Shown: positions 18,404-26,661 of the stretch, one piece after another
Position numbering within the stretch: the first letter of the stretch is position 1
How the letters are laid out: each line of letters opens with the position of its first letter
Source of the DNA: Candidatus Saccharimonadales bacterium
GTDB lineage: Bacteria; Patescibacteriota; Saccharimonadia; QS-5-54-17
DNA length: 64,000 nucleotides
NCBI GenBank assembly: GCA_040903985.1
Contig: JBBDUI010000002.1
Span: 262,038-326,037 of the forward strand
Direction of reading: 5' to 3'
Made by a program: the position numbers and the translations under genes
Notes under the pieces: model-generated
What the model was told of the DNA's origin: nothing
Seen by the model: only the letters and a program-made list of their open reading frames with translations
The model's database searches: none

Positions 18404-18600
18404 TGCCCAAGCTGAAAGTACATAAAGGCGCTAGCAAGCGAATTAAGAAAACCGGTACCGGTAAGCTACGACACCGCCGAGCTTTTCGATCGCACATGCT
18501 AAGCAAGAAGCGTAATTCCCGTAAGCGTAACTTTACGCGTGAATTCGGCTTTGGCGATGGCGACAAGGCAAATGTTAAAAAGATGCTCGGAGGTAAATAA
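18403..18600 (+). CDS. rpmI: 50S ribosomal protein L35
   Basis: [31 protein letters not shown]... is canonical L35. Confidence 0.9.
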   Translation: MPKLKVHKGASKRIKKTGTGKLRHRRAFRSHMLSKKRNSRKRNFTREFGFGDGDKANVKKMLGGK

Positions 18601-18950
18601 TGAGAATTAAGCGCGGTGTTACCGCTCGTAAACGCCATAAAAAGCTACTTAAAGCCGCGAAAGGCATGCAGCACGCTCGCACCTCCAGCCCACGAATGGC
18701 TCGCCAAGGCGTGCAGAAGGCGATGCAGTACCAGTATCGTGACCGTCGTAACCGCAAGCGTGACTTCCGTCGCCTCTGGATTACCCGCATTAACGCCGGC
18801 GCCCGCGAGAATGGCGTTAGCTACAGCGTTCTAATCAAACAGTTAGATACGGCCGGCATCCAGCTCGACCGTAAAGTGTTAGCCGAGTTAGCCGCTAACC
18901 AACCGACCACTTTCTCCGCCGTGGTTGAAGCTGCCAAAAAAGCCGCTTAG
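18600..18950 (+). CDS. rplT: 50S ribosomal protein L20
   Basis: [22 protein letters not shown]...[21 protein letters not shown] is canonical L20. Confidence 0.9.
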   Translation: MRIKRGVTARKRHKKLLKAAKGMQHARTSSPRMARQGVQKAMQYQYRDRRNRKRDFRRLWITRINAGARENGVSYSVLIKQLDTAGIQLDRKVLAELAANQPTTFSAVVEAAKKAA

Positions 18951-18973
18951 ATAAATTTCATAAATTAGCCATT

Positions 18974-19001
18974 AAAAAACTCCGGATTTCCGGAGTTTTT
19001 T
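18974..19001. terminator. Bidirectional rho-independent terminator (AAAAAACTCCGGA-TT-TCCGGAGTTTTTT)
   Basis: Perfect 7-bp stem flanked by an A-run and a T-run. It terminates rplT on the plus strand and abuts the RNase P RNA 3' end on the minus strand. Confidence 0.7.
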
Positions 19002-19237
19002 AATGCAAGATCGCCTGTAAGCCGGATTCTGTTTGCTTAAACGCCCGTTGCCGAGCGTGAAGCAAGATGACTATCTCTCTAGTCCCGCGATTGCTCGTGG
19101 GATCAAGCGGGTAAAATATGTTTGCCACCGCCTGGGCTAAGCGTATGGTGACTCACTCCTTGCAGCGGACGGGGTTTACCTCCTGCCGATGTCACCACCG
19201 GTAGCTGTGGGCTCTTACCCCACTCCTTTCACCCTTA

Positions 19238-19367
19238 CCCCGCACCTGAAAATGATAGTGCTGGCGCACAAATGTAACCTCATACCAACCATATAACAGG
19301 GGTGATTATACCTTTACTGTTGCACGGAAGTTGATGATTGCAAGATCAATCATTTTCAGGTGCGGGG
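19238..19367. mobile_element. Miniature (non-coding) copy of the TIR element. It has 19-bp perfect terminal inverted repeats CCCCGCACCTGAAAATGAT / ATCATTTTCAGGTGCGGGG and sits at the P12 position of rnpB.
   Basis: The TIRs are identical to those of the GIY-YIG element 90 bp away. The 92-bp interior has no ORF. Confidence 0.7.
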
Positions 19368-19453
19368 CGGTATCGTTTCTGTGGCACTTTCCCTAAGGTC
19401 TCCCTCGGTTGTCGTTAACAACCGTCCTGCCCATGCGCTGTCCGGACTTTCCT

Positions 19454-19752
19454 CCCCGCACCTGAAAATGCTAACCAAAGCCGAGCCTCTTCTTCAGCTC
19501 TACAAGTCCTCGACCATAACGTTTGAGCTTACGCTCTCGTTCTTGAGCCAAGGCTTTGGTTGTAAAAGCCTCATAGTAGACAAGCTCCCAGGGTACACCA
19601 CTCTTTGTGGACGTATTCATACCTTGGTTATGTTGATGAAATCGCCGTTTCAAATCTGCCGTAGATCCGATATAGAACGTACCTGTCTTTTTACTGCGCA
19701 AGAGGTAGACATAATACATAGCGATTTCATCATAGCATTTTCAGGTGCGGGG
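19454..19752. mobile_element. TIR-bounded GIY-YIG element (299 bp). It has 20-bp perfect TIRs CCCCGCACCTGAAAATGCTA / TAGCATTTTCAGGTGCGGGG and sits at the P3 position of rnpB.
   Basis: The perfect 20-bp inverted repeats enclose one 82-aa GIY-YIG ORF. The ORF stop codon lies inside the TIR. Homologous elements are at 63276..63577 and (miniature) 19238..19367. Confidence 0.75.
19471..19719 (-). CDS. GIY-YIG nuclease-family protein (YhbQ/COG2827-like, 82 aa) encoded inside the TIR element
   Basis: MYYVYLLRSKKTGTFYIGSTADLKRRFHQHNQG... has the GIY...YIG motifs and a conserved R and H/N, as in E. coli YhbQ. It is on the same strand as rnpB. Confidence 0.75.
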   Translation of the reverse strand: MYYVYLLRSKKTGTFYIGSTADLKRRFHQHNQGMNTSTKSGVPWELVYYEAFTTKALAQERERKLKRYGRGLVELKKRLGFG

Positions 19753-19794
19753 CAGCCATCCAGCGATCTTGCAAGGGAAAATTATAGGCTAGAG

Positions 19795-20490
19795 CTAGCC
19801 GTTTTGCAACTTAGCTTCTTCGTCTAGAATGATGTTCACCTGCTCATCAGCTAAGGTGTTATGTTCGCGGTATACATGCCTGAAAGTCACATTCCCGATC
19901 TCCTCGGCCAACACCTTGATCGAATTATATACCGGCCATAATTCCTTATTTTTCACCTTGAATATGCCATTTAACTGGTTAGCTACTAGTAAACTATCCA
20001 TACAGAAGTCGATAGCAGTGGGCTTAAACTTCCGAGCAGCCTCCAGGGCGTGTTTGACTGCTTGGTATTCGGCCTGATTGTTAGTAGTTATACCGAGATA
20101 CTGGCCGCCCTGCTCTAGGAGCTTGTCCTCATTTTCAGTTAAGATGACGAAGCCGCTAGCCGACGGACCGGGGTTTCCGCGAGAACCACCATCGGAATAA
20201 ATTCTAAGTTTCGTAGTATTTTCTACACTGTTTTCAGTAGTAACTGAATTTTTATTTAAAGCGGGCTCAATATTTTGTCGGGACTGTAAAGCCGTTAGAG
20301 CATCACGCCAAACATCCTTACTCTCACGGCTTTTTGATATAAGCTCTTTCGATCCATCCGGATGCAGGCCATAGATGTGGTGGCCTTTTTTGATGATGGC
20401 TATCCCCTGCTGCAAGGCCGCTAGTGCGACCGTTTCCCGTTTGGTATGTGTTGGTTTTGCGGCTGACATCTGTCTCATTATATCAGACAC
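19795..20490 (-). CDS. rnhA: Ribonuclease HI with an N-terminal extension
   Basis: IYSDGGSRGNPGPSASGFVI...NNQAEYQAV...CMDSLLVANQ...HVYREHNTLAD matches the RNase H DEDD catalytic-residue pattern. The stop is about 19 nt from the RNase P RNA 5' end. Confidence 0.8.
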   Translation of the reverse strand: MSDIMRQMSAAKPTHTKRETVALAALQQGIAIIKKGHHIYGLHPDGSKELISKSRESKDVWRDALTALQSRQNIEPALNKNSVTTENSVENTTKLRIYSDGGSRGNPGPSASGFVILTENEDKLLEQGGQYLGITTNNQAEYQAVKHALEAARKFKPTAIDFCMDSLLVANQLNGIFKVKNKELWPVYNSIKVLAEEIGNVTFRHVYREHNTLADEQVNIILDEEAKLQNG

Positions 20491-20632
20491 ACAGTGGCTT
20501 TAGCCTAGATAGGCACCAGCTTCACGAATCATCGATGATTTTAAGCTGACACAAAGTTACTGTAACGAAGTAGATAAACCTCGTAGCTAAGTCGGACTAT
20601 ATGCAAACGTAGGGATCTAATCGACTGAGATA

Positions 20633-20706
20633 TGGTCGGGGCGCCGGGAATTGAACCCGGGTTACTGCACCCCCAGCGCAGCGTAATACCATTATACGAC
20701 GCCCCG
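20633..20706 (-). tRNA. tRNA-Pro (anticodon GGG), CCA encoded
   Basis: Acceptor CGGGGCG/CGCCCCG, anticodon stem CUGCG/UGCAG with loop CUGGGGG, T-arm CCGGG-UUCAAUU-CCCGG. Confidence 0.75.
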
Positions 20707-20787
20707 TTCACAGTAATTCATTATAGATCATTCCAAGAGGAAACCTAAGATTATAACTAGATTCTACTTAACCTAGTAGCAGTAATT

Positions 20788-20817
20788 AAAAATACCGCTC
20801 CAAAGAGCGGTATTTTT
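20788..20817. terminator. Bidirectional terminator hairpin (AAAATACCGCTC-CAAA-GAGCGGTATTTT)
   Basis: Perfect stem flanked by A-runs and T-runs, downstream of the minus-strand M50 protease gene. Confidence 0.6.
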
Positions 20818-21006
20818 AGATCCCCGTATCGTCACACGAAGACTGTTTCTCCTACTTAAAGCAGGTGGGTATCCGCAAGAATAAGTCTGCGAACGAATCG
20901 CGGGACTTACCTGATGTAAGATTCCCAGAAGAAACAAATATTCAGGAAAACAATGTCAACGTGCGGGCTGATACGGAGACATACTTATTATAGCACAAGC
21001 AGAAAA

Positions 21007-21642
21007 CTAATAGGTTAGCCTAACTCCGGTAATGACCTCTGTTAATATACCGATTGCCGAACCCATAAACGGCCCTATAAAGCGAAATCCAACCATAATG
21101 AATACCGCCACTCCCAGAAGCCCGGTACTCTCGATCGTGCGCATCAGCTGGCGAACCGGTTCCGGAGCTAAAACGTAAAGTGCTCGAGAGCCGTCCAGCG
21201 GTGGAAACGGGATTAGATTGAAAATGAAGAAGGCGAGGTTGACGATGACGAACAGCATCATTACATCAAATGCTACGCTGGGCGCTCCCATCAGGCGCAC
21301 GACCGCCCCGCCCAGCAACGCTAATACCAAGTTAGTCAATGGCCCAGCGAGCGATACCATCACCATCCCGGTCTCCCCGTTACGCAGCCGGCTAGGATTA
21401 AACGGCACCGGCTTAGCCGCTCCAAACGGGGGTAAGCCGGCTAAATGCAGGAATAATGGCATCGCTACCGTCAAGAAAGGATCGACGTGCTTTAACGGAT
21501 TAAGTGTCAGTCGGCCGCTCAGCCGAGCCGTATCATCCCCGAGCCGATCGGCTATGAAGCCGTGCATAAACTCGTGCGTGGTGATCGACACCGCTAAGAT
21601 AGCGATAATCGTAATAATCTCCCCTATAACTCCAATATCCAT
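21007..21642 (-). CDS. Site-2 protease-family (M50) membrane metalloprotease
   Basis: 211 aa, polytopic. An HEFMHG (HExxH) motif sits in TM1, consistent with M50/SpoIVFB-like proteases. Confidence 0.65.
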   Translation of the reverse strand: MDIGVIGEIITIIAILAVSITTHEFMHGFIADRLGDDTARLSGRLTLNPLKHVDPFLTVAMPLFLHLAGLPPFGAAKPVPFNPSRLRNGETGMVMVSLAGPLTNLVLALLGGAVVRLMGAPSVAFDVMMLFVIVNLAFFIFNLIPFPPLDGSRALYVLAPEPVRQLMRTIESTGLLGVAVFIMVGFRFIGPFMGSAIGILTEVITGVRLTY

Positions 21643-21778
21643 ATCCTCCAGTATAACCTAGCCGCCGGCTAGCCGAAAAGTGCGCTGCCTCCCGCTCGAC
21701 TAGACAGTCTAGATTTGACTCCCAACTCTAGTCGGGGTACTATATCATTTGATTGTTTTAGAATTCAGGAGAGTGGCC

Positions 21779-22003
21779 ATGGCCTACAAATGTGAAATCA
21801 CCGGCAAAGGTAAGCAGTTCGGTAACAACGTCAGCTTTTCCCAGCGCAAAACCAAGAAAGTTTGGAAACCTAACCTGCACAAGCAGACCTTCCTACTCGA
21901 TGGTAAGAAAGTCACGATGAAAATCAGTGCTCAGGGGCTACGCACACTGAAGAAACACGGCCGCTACCAACCGCTCGCCGCTCGCACTAGCCCAGACGCC
22001 TAA
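21779..22003 (+). CDS. rpmB: 50S ribosomal protein L28
   Basis: MAYKCEITGKGKQFGNNVSFSQRKTKKVWKPNLHK... is canonical L28. AGGAGAG RBS. The start was set at the internal Met. Confidence 0.85.
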   Translation: MAYKCEITGKGKQFGNNVSFSQRKTKKVWKPNLHKQTFLLDGKKVTMKISAQGLRTLKKHGRYQPLAARTSPDA

Positions 22004-22070
22004 GTTAAGAGTAAAAACTAAAGCTCATACCCCCGCCGCAGCGGGGGTATTAATATAGGGCCCGAGAATA

Positions 22071-22706
22071 TTACTTAGTGCGCGGCTGCAGAACGATGAA
22101 GGTGGTCTCTTCCGAAGCATCCCGCGCGGTGATCTTAAGGCTATCTTCCCTGGCGGCATCACTAGAACCTACCTCTTGCAAGAAAGCCTCGACCGTATCC
22201 TGTGGCACTGGATATACAGTGCGTGAATCCTCGTAGTGCACCGGCACTACATAGCTGGGGTCAAACTGACGGACCAAATCGGAGGCAGCTTCCTTATCTA
22301 AGGTTAGACCCTTACCACCGACCGGAACGACCAAGACATCGATCCCATCGATACGTTCTACCTGCTCTTCACTTAAATTCGGATGAATATTACCACAGAT
22401 TAAGACACGTAGATCTTTGTGCGAGATTGCATACATCACACCATCCTGCTTGTCTTCGGCCTCTTCAGTGTGCAACCGAGCTGCTACGGCATCAATCGTC
22501 ACTCCTTTAATCTCATACTCACCCGGTCGGTCGATCACGAAGTCAGGATTGGATTGGGTCGACTGTTTGGGTAGCTGGGAGAATAGCACCACGTCGGCCG
22601 CTACCTTCGGGTCAGGTCCGTACTCACTAGTGATCGGATCGATCAGTATCGTAATATTCTTGGTCGTAAGAGTTAGGCAGTTTGCGCCGTAGTACATCAG
22701 TTCCAT
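22071..22706 (-). CDS. Metal-dependent hydrolase, MBL-fold-like (function unknown)
   Basis: 211 aa. ...ILIDPIT...VVLFSQ...HPNLS...VLVVPVGG has a UPF0173/MBL-like pattern. The assignment is weak. Confidence 0.4.
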   Translation of the reverse strand: MELMYYGANCLTLTTKNITILIDPITSEYGPDPKVAADVVLFSQLPKQSTQSNPDFVIDRPGEYEIKGVTIDAVAARLHTEEAEDKQDGVMYAISHKDLRVLICGNIHPNLSEEQVERIDGIDVLVVPVGGKGLTLDKEAASDLVRQFDPSYVVPVHYEDSRTVYPVPQDTVEAFLQEVGSSDAAREDSLKITARDASEETTFIVLQPRTK

Positions 22707-22722
22707 GCGAATCTTCTCCTTT

Positions 22723-23349
22723 TTAGGTCGTTTTCTTAGATTTTTTAGTCGTCTTAGTCTTAGCCGGCTCCTCGGTCACATTCAGCTTATCGATCAATAC
22801 CGTCTGCTTGGCATCGAGCGCTGAAGTTAAAAAGCGATCGTTAAGGTTACGACGGTAGTCGTACTGCTCTCGGCTCAAGACAGTATAACGTAACTCCTGA
22901 CCCTCTTCACCTTCGAGCTCCTTGATCAGCTTCTCCAACTTATTGCGGTTCACATCGCCGACAATTAAAACATCTACCGGTGAGAGCTGATCTCGCGTAA
23001 ACACTCCGCTGAGAGCGGCATACTCGACACTACCTAGCGCCTTGAAACCGGCCGTCGCGTCGTTACTGGCGAGAGTCGAATCTTTCTGAGCGTTGACCTT
23101 AGTAAACATGGCGTGTAGCGCATCGTAGTGAGGGTGCTTTTGGTTTACCTCATAATACAGCCGGTTGCCGCTGGAGTCAGATTTAATGATGCCGATAGTC
23201 AGAAGATTAGCTAGTTCCCGCCGCACCGAATTAATCTGCTCGTCGATCTTACGGGTTATCTCTCGGACGTAAAAACTCCGATTCGGGTTGTTGTAGAACA
23301 AGTGCAGTAGCTTTACCCGCGTTTTCGATCCAAATAGTTGCTCGATCAA
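22723..23349 (-). CDS. Putative winged-helix transcriptional regulator
   Basis: 208 aa. The N-terminal 80 aa have a wHTH-like pattern (RSFYVREITRKIDEQINSVRRELANL). The lysine-rich C-tail is noted. Confidence 0.35.
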   Translation of the reverse strand: MIEQLFGSKTRVKLLHLFYNNPNRSFYVREITRKIDEQINSVRRELANLLTIGIIKSDSSGNRLYYEVNQKHPHYDALHAMFTKVNAQKDSTLASNDATAGFKALGSVEYAALSGVFTRDQLSPVDVLIVGDVNRNKLEKLIKELEGEEGQELRYTVLSREQYDYRRNLNDRFLTSALDAKQTVLIDKLNVTEEPAKTKTTKKSKKTT

Positions 23350-23452
23350 GACGACTCTCCATATTCATATATTCGATATCTCACTCATTGTAGCAAAAAG
23401 TAGCTCACCGTGACACTGTCTTGACGCCAAAATAGGAACTACTTCAGGGGTA

Positions 23453-24178
23453 CTACTGTGGTCGGCGTTTAGCGACGGCCGCCGCTCGCTCCGCTAGACT
23501 ATCATCGATCTTATCAGTAATAACTAACTTATCACCTCGGCGCTCCAATGCACGACGCAGCAGCTCGTCAGTAAAGTCAGGGTTCTTAGGCAGTAATGAT
23601 CCATGTAGATAGGTGCCGAACACATTATGTACCACTGCTCCCTCGAAGCCATCCTCACCGTTGTTCCCGTGTCCCTGCACTACCCGGCCTAGAGCGCTCT
23701 GCTCTGGAGCTAAGGTCGTCTTGCCACTATGGTTCTCAAACCCAACCACCTCACCCCACGGCGTCTGCACTACTACATTACCGATTAAGCGCTCACTAGA
23801 GCCGACCGTCTCAGCATCAAATAACCCGATGCCCGGTAGTTCGGCCCCTTCTATGGTAGTGAACATATGACCAAAGAGCTGATACAAGCCGCAGACTAGC
23901 AAAAATACCGTACCCTGTTCGGCCGCGACATGAATCGCCTCCCGGTGACGCTGCAAATCATCGGCCACCGCTACTTGGCCGCGATCCTGACCGCCACCTC
24001 CGAATACGATATCGGCTCGGGAGAAGTCATACTCTGCACCTAGACCGATCGGCTCATACACCACTTCATAGTCGCGCCACTCGAGCCGTTTAGTAAGAGC
24101 TACTATATTGCCCCAATCACCATAGATATTCATCTCCCTGGGGTAGAGATGGGCAAGCACTATCTTCTTCACTCCCAA
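23453..24178 (-). CDS. gatD: Lipid II isoglutaminyl synthase glutaminase subunit GatD (CobB/CobQ-like GATase)
   Basis: 241 aa GATase1-like protein. It has a Cys nucleophile context (LLVCGLYQL) and a His. It lies immediately downstream of murT and overlaps it. Confidence 0.7.
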   Translation of the reverse strand: MGVKKIVLAHLYPREMNIYGDWGNIVALTKRLEWRDYEVVYEPIGLGAEYDFSRADIVFGGGGQDRGQVAVADDLQRHREAIHVAAEQGTVFLLVCGLYQLFGHMFTTIEGAELPGIGLFDAETVGSSERLIGNVVVQTPWGEVVGFENHSGKTTLAPEQSALGRVVQGHGNNGEDGFEGAVVHNVFGTYLHGSLLPKNPDFTDELLRRALERRGDKLVITDKIDDSLAERAAAVAKRRPQ

Positions 24179-25449
24179 GCTCCGATCTCGGTACGCCGAC
24201 CGATTAGTTTGCGCAACTCTAACATAGCCGTATAGGTGGGGACGATATAGCCACGCCCACCAGGGGGAACTTCCGCCAGCAGTTCATCCAGTGCCGCTCT
24301 TAAACTCGGCATCGCCCTACTAGGGATATCAGCGTACTGCAGCCGTAAAGCCATGTCATAACCCCGGCTACCACTAGTGATGATCGGCTGAGTATCGGCT
24401 TCCGCCCAGCTCTCGATCCGCACGTCCCACAGCCACGATACGTCCCGTCCATCGGCATAGTTATCGTTAATAGCTATCATAGTCGGTAGTGGCTCTACAC
24501 TTAAAAAGCTGGCTATAACTTGGTTAAAGCCGCTGGGATTCTTCACTAGTAGAATCTGCAATGTTTTATCCCCGATCGTAATCTCTTCCGTCCGACCGAA
24601 AGCCGGCTTTACCTCACCCAGCGCAGCTACGGCACGTGCGGTATCTATCTCTAGTAGCTCGGAAACCGCTAAAGCTAAGGCCGCGTTATAAATGTTAAAT
24701 ACCCCTGGTATCTGCAGACTAGCCGAATAGCTGCGCTGATTGATACGAAAGGATACTGCCTGCGCGGCGTCCTGATTAGCGTTGTCCTCGATAAATACTT
24801 CAGCCGCCGTGTAGTCAGGCTCCGTCGGTTCATCATCTAGATAGAGTGCTTCGTCGCTTGGCACCTGCTCCCGAACGTTACTGGCAGCGGCTGCCCCACT
24901 TACACTGTCTAGTTGAAACGAGTTCCGCAGGCGCGGATCGTCATAATTAATTACGGTGTGTTTAGCGTGAGCAGCCGCCTCAACCAGTAGATCGGCTACG
25001 CGCTCCAACTCGCCGTAACGGTCCAGCTGATCACGATGTAGGTTTAAGACCACCATTACTTCAGGCTGAAGAGCTGTCGATAGGTGCGCTGCAAAACCCT
25101 CATCGACCTCAAATAGTCCGACCTCGGCGCTCAGTTCACCCCGCCAGTCCAGCGCTGCTAGAGTGGCCGAGATGATCCCCCGCGACATATTGCTACCGGC
25201 CTGATTGTGGACAATTGTGTTGTATTTACAACGTAGTATTTCTTGCAACATTTTAGTGGTCGTAGTCTTGCCGTTAGTACCCGTTACAAGTATCACCGTT
25301 TGAAAGTGAGGCCGCAGAGAATGAATAAATTTTGGGTAGAGACGCTCGACTACCAGGCCAGGTAAGGCCGAGCCGCCCCGGCGCAGCCGACTTAAAACTA
25401 AGACCGTCTTCCCTATCCAAATGACTAATAATCGCAACATGCTTATCAT
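24169..25449 (-). CDS. murT: Lipid II isoglutaminyl synthase MurT (Mur ligase-family, DUF1727)
   Basis: 426 aa. The VTGTNGKTTTTKML Mur-ligase ATP motif and a C-terminal DUF1727-like region are present, paired with gatD. Confidence 0.75.
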   Translation of the reverse strand: MISMLRLLVIWIGKTVLVLSRLRRGGSALPGLVVERLYPKFIHSLRPHFQTVILVTGTNGKTTTTKMLQEILRCKYNTIVHNQAGSNMSRGIISATLAALDWRGELSAEVGLFEVDEGFAAHLSTALQPEVMVVLNLHRDQLDRYGELERVADLLVEAAAHAKHTVINYDDPRLRNSFQLDSVSGAAAASNVREQVPSDEALYLDDEPTEPDYTAAEVFIEDNANQDAAQAVSFRINQRSYSASLQIPGVFNIYNAALALAVSELLEIDTARAVAALGEVKPAFGRTEEITIGDKTLQILLVKNPSGFNQVIASFLSVEPLPTMIAINDNYADGRDVSWLWDVRIESWAEADTQPIITSGSRGYDMALRLQYADIPSRAMPSLRAALDELLAEVPPGGRGYIVPTYTAMLELRKLIGRRTEIGAWE

Positions 25450-26327
25450 TATACCGTGTCGAGAAACTTTTCGACGAACCGATCTGCTTCATCCACCTCA
25501 CTCACCCAGATAATGTCGCGATTACGCTTGAACCAAGTCCGCTGTCTCTTAGCTAAATCAAGCGTCGCCTTGATGATGCGGCGACGGGTCTCTTGATTAC
25601 TCTGATTACTCTCGAAATAGGCCTGCCACTCCCGGTAACCGATACCTCTCATCGCCTCCACTTCCCAGCCGTACTTCTCCGCCAACTCCCGCACCTCATG
25701 CTTTAGTCCACGCCGAAGCATGACTTCTACCCGGCTCTCGATATTCTTCCGCAGCTGGGCGCGGGGTATATGCACTCCTACTACTAGAGTGTTTTTCCGC
25801 AGTGGAGTACGCTTTGGTGTCTGGCCACGCGTCTCGATTAGCCGAATCAAGCGGCGCTTATTGCGGATATCGACCGCGGTTAAGTCGTAACCCGCGACCT
25901 CGATCTGCTTGAGCAGCTCGGGAATCGATTTCGCCTGCAGGCTAGCCCGCTCCCCGGCCTTACCCGGTGGCATAAAGGAGTAATCAAACAACACGCAGTC
26001 GATATACAGACCAGTACCGCCGACTAAGATCGGTAGCTTGCCCCGCTCTACCACTTCACTTATGGCCGTCTGAGCTAACTCCTTATACACCGCCGCCGTA
26101 AAGTCCTGATCGGGAGCGACGATATCGATTAAATGATGGGGCACTTCGCTCTGTTCCACGCTAGAAGGCTTAGCCGTACCGATGTCCATCTCGCGGTAAA
26201 CCTGCCAAGAATCAGCGTTAATAATCTCGCCATTATGACGCCGGGCCAGCTCAAGCGCTATGGCCGACTTTCCACTGGCCGTCTCCCCTACAATGGCAAC
26301 TAGCTTCGGTGGCTTACTCACATTCAA
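25449..26327 (-). CDS. miaA: tRNA dimethylallyltransferase
   Basis: LVAIVGETASGKSAIALELARRHNGEIINADSWQVYREMDIGTAKPS is the canonical MiaA P-loop and motif. Confidence 0.85.
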   Translation of the reverse strand: MNVSKPPKLVAIVGETASGKSAIALELARRHNGEIINADSWQVYREMDIGTAKPSSVEQSEVPHHLIDIVAPDQDFTAAVYKELAQTAISEVVERGKLPILVGGTGLYIDCVLFDYSFMPPGKAGERASLQAKSIPELLKQIEVAGYDLTAVDIRNKRRLIRLIETRGQTPKRTPLRKNTLVVGVHIPRAQLRKNIESRVEVMLRRGLKHEVRELAEKYGWEVEAMRGIGYREWQAYFESNQSNQETRRRIIKATLDLAKRQRTWFKRNRDIIWVSEVDEADRFVEKFLDTV

Positions 26328-26661
26328 CCTCCGCAGTTTCGGTAGCTGCTAAGGGCCACCAGATCAGACCGTTCACATCTACCCTATCGTTCTCATCCAC
26401 CGCCACTCCTTCGGCCTCTAGGTGCTGGCGCTGCCCGGACCGACCGCCGAAACTATAGGTAGCCGCCAGTTGACCTGATTTATTTACCACCCGATGCCAA
26501 GGCAGCTCCTCCGGTCCAAAATGGGCTATCTGCCCCACTACCCGGGCTGCTCTAGGGTGAGAGCTAAGAGCCGCCAGCTGACCATAGGTCATCACGCGAC
26601 CGGCCGGAATCTGCGCTACTAACGCATAGACAGCTAGTTTGAAACTATCGTTCGTCATCAC
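26314..26661 (-). CDS. atl: Alkyltransferase-like (ATL) protein. It has the MGMT DNA-binding fold, with the active-site Cys replaced by Trp (PWHRVV).
   Basis: 115 aa. MGMT/Ogt C-domain pattern. P-W-H-R-V sits where MGMT has P-C-H-R-V. Confidence 0.55.
   Translation of the reverse strand: MMTNDSFKLAVYALVAQIPAGRVMTYGQLAALSSHPRAARVVGQIAHFGPEELPWHRVVNKSGQLAATYSFGGRSGQRQHLEAEGVAVDENDRVDVNGLIWWPLAATETAEVECE

Larger units (their letters stand above)
19005..19776 (-). ncRNA. rnpB: RNase P RNA (bacterial type A). It is about 360 nt of core interrupted by two TIR-bounded insertions at helix P3 and helix P12.
   Basis: The minus strand reads GGAGGAAAGUCCGGACAG (P4 5' strand), GUUGUUAACGACAAC (P8), GGUAAGGGUGAAAGGAGUGGGGUAAGAGCCCAC (E. 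coli has GGUAAGGGUGAAAGGGUGCGGUAAGAGCGCAC), GGUAAACCCC, GCAAGG and AAACAGAAUCCGGCUUACAGG (P4 3' strand). The P1 strands GCAAGAUCGCUGG and CAGGCGAUCUUGC are complementary. Confidence 0.85.

Noticed and set aside
19454-19752. Group I intron with a GIY-YIG homing endonuclease inserted in rnpB
   Set aside because: The termini are perfect 20-bp inverted repeats that pair with each other. No P-Q-R-S core or exon-binding guide sequence is recognisable. The same termini flank a 130-bp ORF-less copy. This looks like a hairpin or TIR insertion, not a self-splicing intron. A covariance search for intron models would settle it.
19360-19827. 155-aa ORF on the plus strand
   Set aside because: It lies antisense across the RNase P RNA P4 region and the GIY-YIG gene. 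It is explained by those features.
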